From contig PXAV01000019.1 of the NCBI GenBank assembly GCA_003565715.1, positions 1 through 39,008 of the forward strand: a DNA stretch of 39,008 nt, given 5' to 3'. The notes under the pieces were generated by a model. That model did not search any database and was not told the DNA's origin. It worked only from the letters and a program-made list of their open reading frames with translations. Both the position numbers and the translations under genes were made by a program. The DNA comes from Methanosarcinaceae archaeon. Lineage in GTDB: Archaea; Halobacteriota; Methanosarcinia; Methanosarcinales; Methanosarcinaceae. Below, in pieces: positions 38,199 to 39,008 of this stretch. The stretch's first letter is position 1; every line of letters begins with the position of its first letter.

Positions 38199-38498
38199 TG
38201 TTTCATCCCTAAAATAATTTCCAAATGACCAACTTTTTATAAATATATGATATGAGTGTGATTTATATCTACCTATTTTATTCTAAAGGATAAATAAGAT
38301 ATGGTTTCCAGTGTACTCAAAAAGATTTCCGTTGAGATATCAACCAAGAACATTTGAATATCTATAGTGTAGATAAAGATGCAATGTATGATTCGGTTCT
38401 GGGAATCAGCCTGGTAGTATTTGCTTGAAAGTATTTACATCTGCTTGTTTTCAGCATAGTTTTAGGTATTAGTTTTGAATTAAAGGACATGTATTATT

Positions 38499-38711
38499 TT
38501 GTTTAACAACAATTACAGTGAATCAACAGCTACTGTAGAAGTTGGAGAGACCTATGAGGTAAGGATTGAAGGTATAGCAAGAGAAGGAGATGGAATTGCA
38601 AGAGTGGAAGGGTTTGTCATCTCTGTACCTCTGATACAGGTTGATGACATTGTTAATCTCAAAATAACAAGAGTACTGCGCAAATTTGCCTTTGGTGAAA
38701 AGGAAGAATAA
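38499..38711 (+). CDS. Single TRAM-domain RNA-binding (cold-shock type) protein
   Basis: VEVGETYEV, GDGIARVEGFVI and KFAFGE motifs; TTG start. Confidence 0.85.
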   Translation: MFNNNYSESTATVEVGETYEVRIEGIAREGDGIARVEGFVISVPLIQVDDIVNLKITRVLRKFAFGEKEE

Positions 38712-38811
38712 CTCCTTTTGAATGGTCTTATCCATCATCGCTAAATATTTTAAAACGTAGCACGGCACTACTTTTATTCATTTAAGCTTCTTCTTCTTCT
38801 TTTTATTTATT

Positions 38812-38866
<55 letters not shown>

Positions 38867-38873
38867 TGCATAT

Positions 38874-38913
38874 ATAAACATAAGTAAATAAACATAAGTA
38901 AATAAACAAGTAA
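38874..38913. repeat. 14-bp tandem repeat, about 3 copies
   Basis: ataaacataagtaa twice, then ataaacaagtaa. Confidence 0.9.
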
Positions 38914-38938
38914 AAATTTTTTATTGACTGTGCCAGTT

Positions 38939-38957
38939 CAAAAAGCTATTTATATTG
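38939..38957 (+). promoter_or_regulatory. Candidate BRE/TATA for a gene beyond the window
   Basis: CAAAAAGC followed by TATTTATA. Confidence 0.4.
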
Positions 38958-39008
38958 CAAAGTTCCTGTTTTTTTATATGAATCTAAAAGCATTGTTCCT
39001 TAACTGTA

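Overview
Chromosomal, mostly housekeeping DNA from a methanogenic archaeon, most consistent with Methanosarcinaceae (inference from RFA-P synthase, Nop5/fibrillarin, thermosome, RadA and Cdc48 together with bacterial-type MutS/MutL). About 37 CDS and two tRNAs (Pro-GGG, Arg-GCG). Functions covered: methanopterin, riboflavin, cobalamin and CoA biosynthesis; biotin ECF transport; an ABC exporter; mismatch, base-excision and recombinational repair; protein quality control. I see no CRISPR array, integrase, transposase or recognisable defence island, and I cannot honestly claim a clearly novel multi-gene system. The best leads are things the ORF track does not show: a decayed ModE-family regulator pseudogene (21960-22501) next to a ModE-box-like palindrome, a BirA-type operator before bioY, tandem palindromes before the wHTH-riboflavin kinase, an unannotated 51-aa ORF in an AT-rich block after tRNA-Arg, a perfect 22-bp hairpin over a stop codon, and an (AC)10(AT)10 microsatellite. 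The most system-like uncharacterised locus is the Zn-ribbon/winged-helix + AAA ATPase + PhnP-like hydrolase trio (8879-11587). All family assignments come from reading motifs by eye; no database searches were run.
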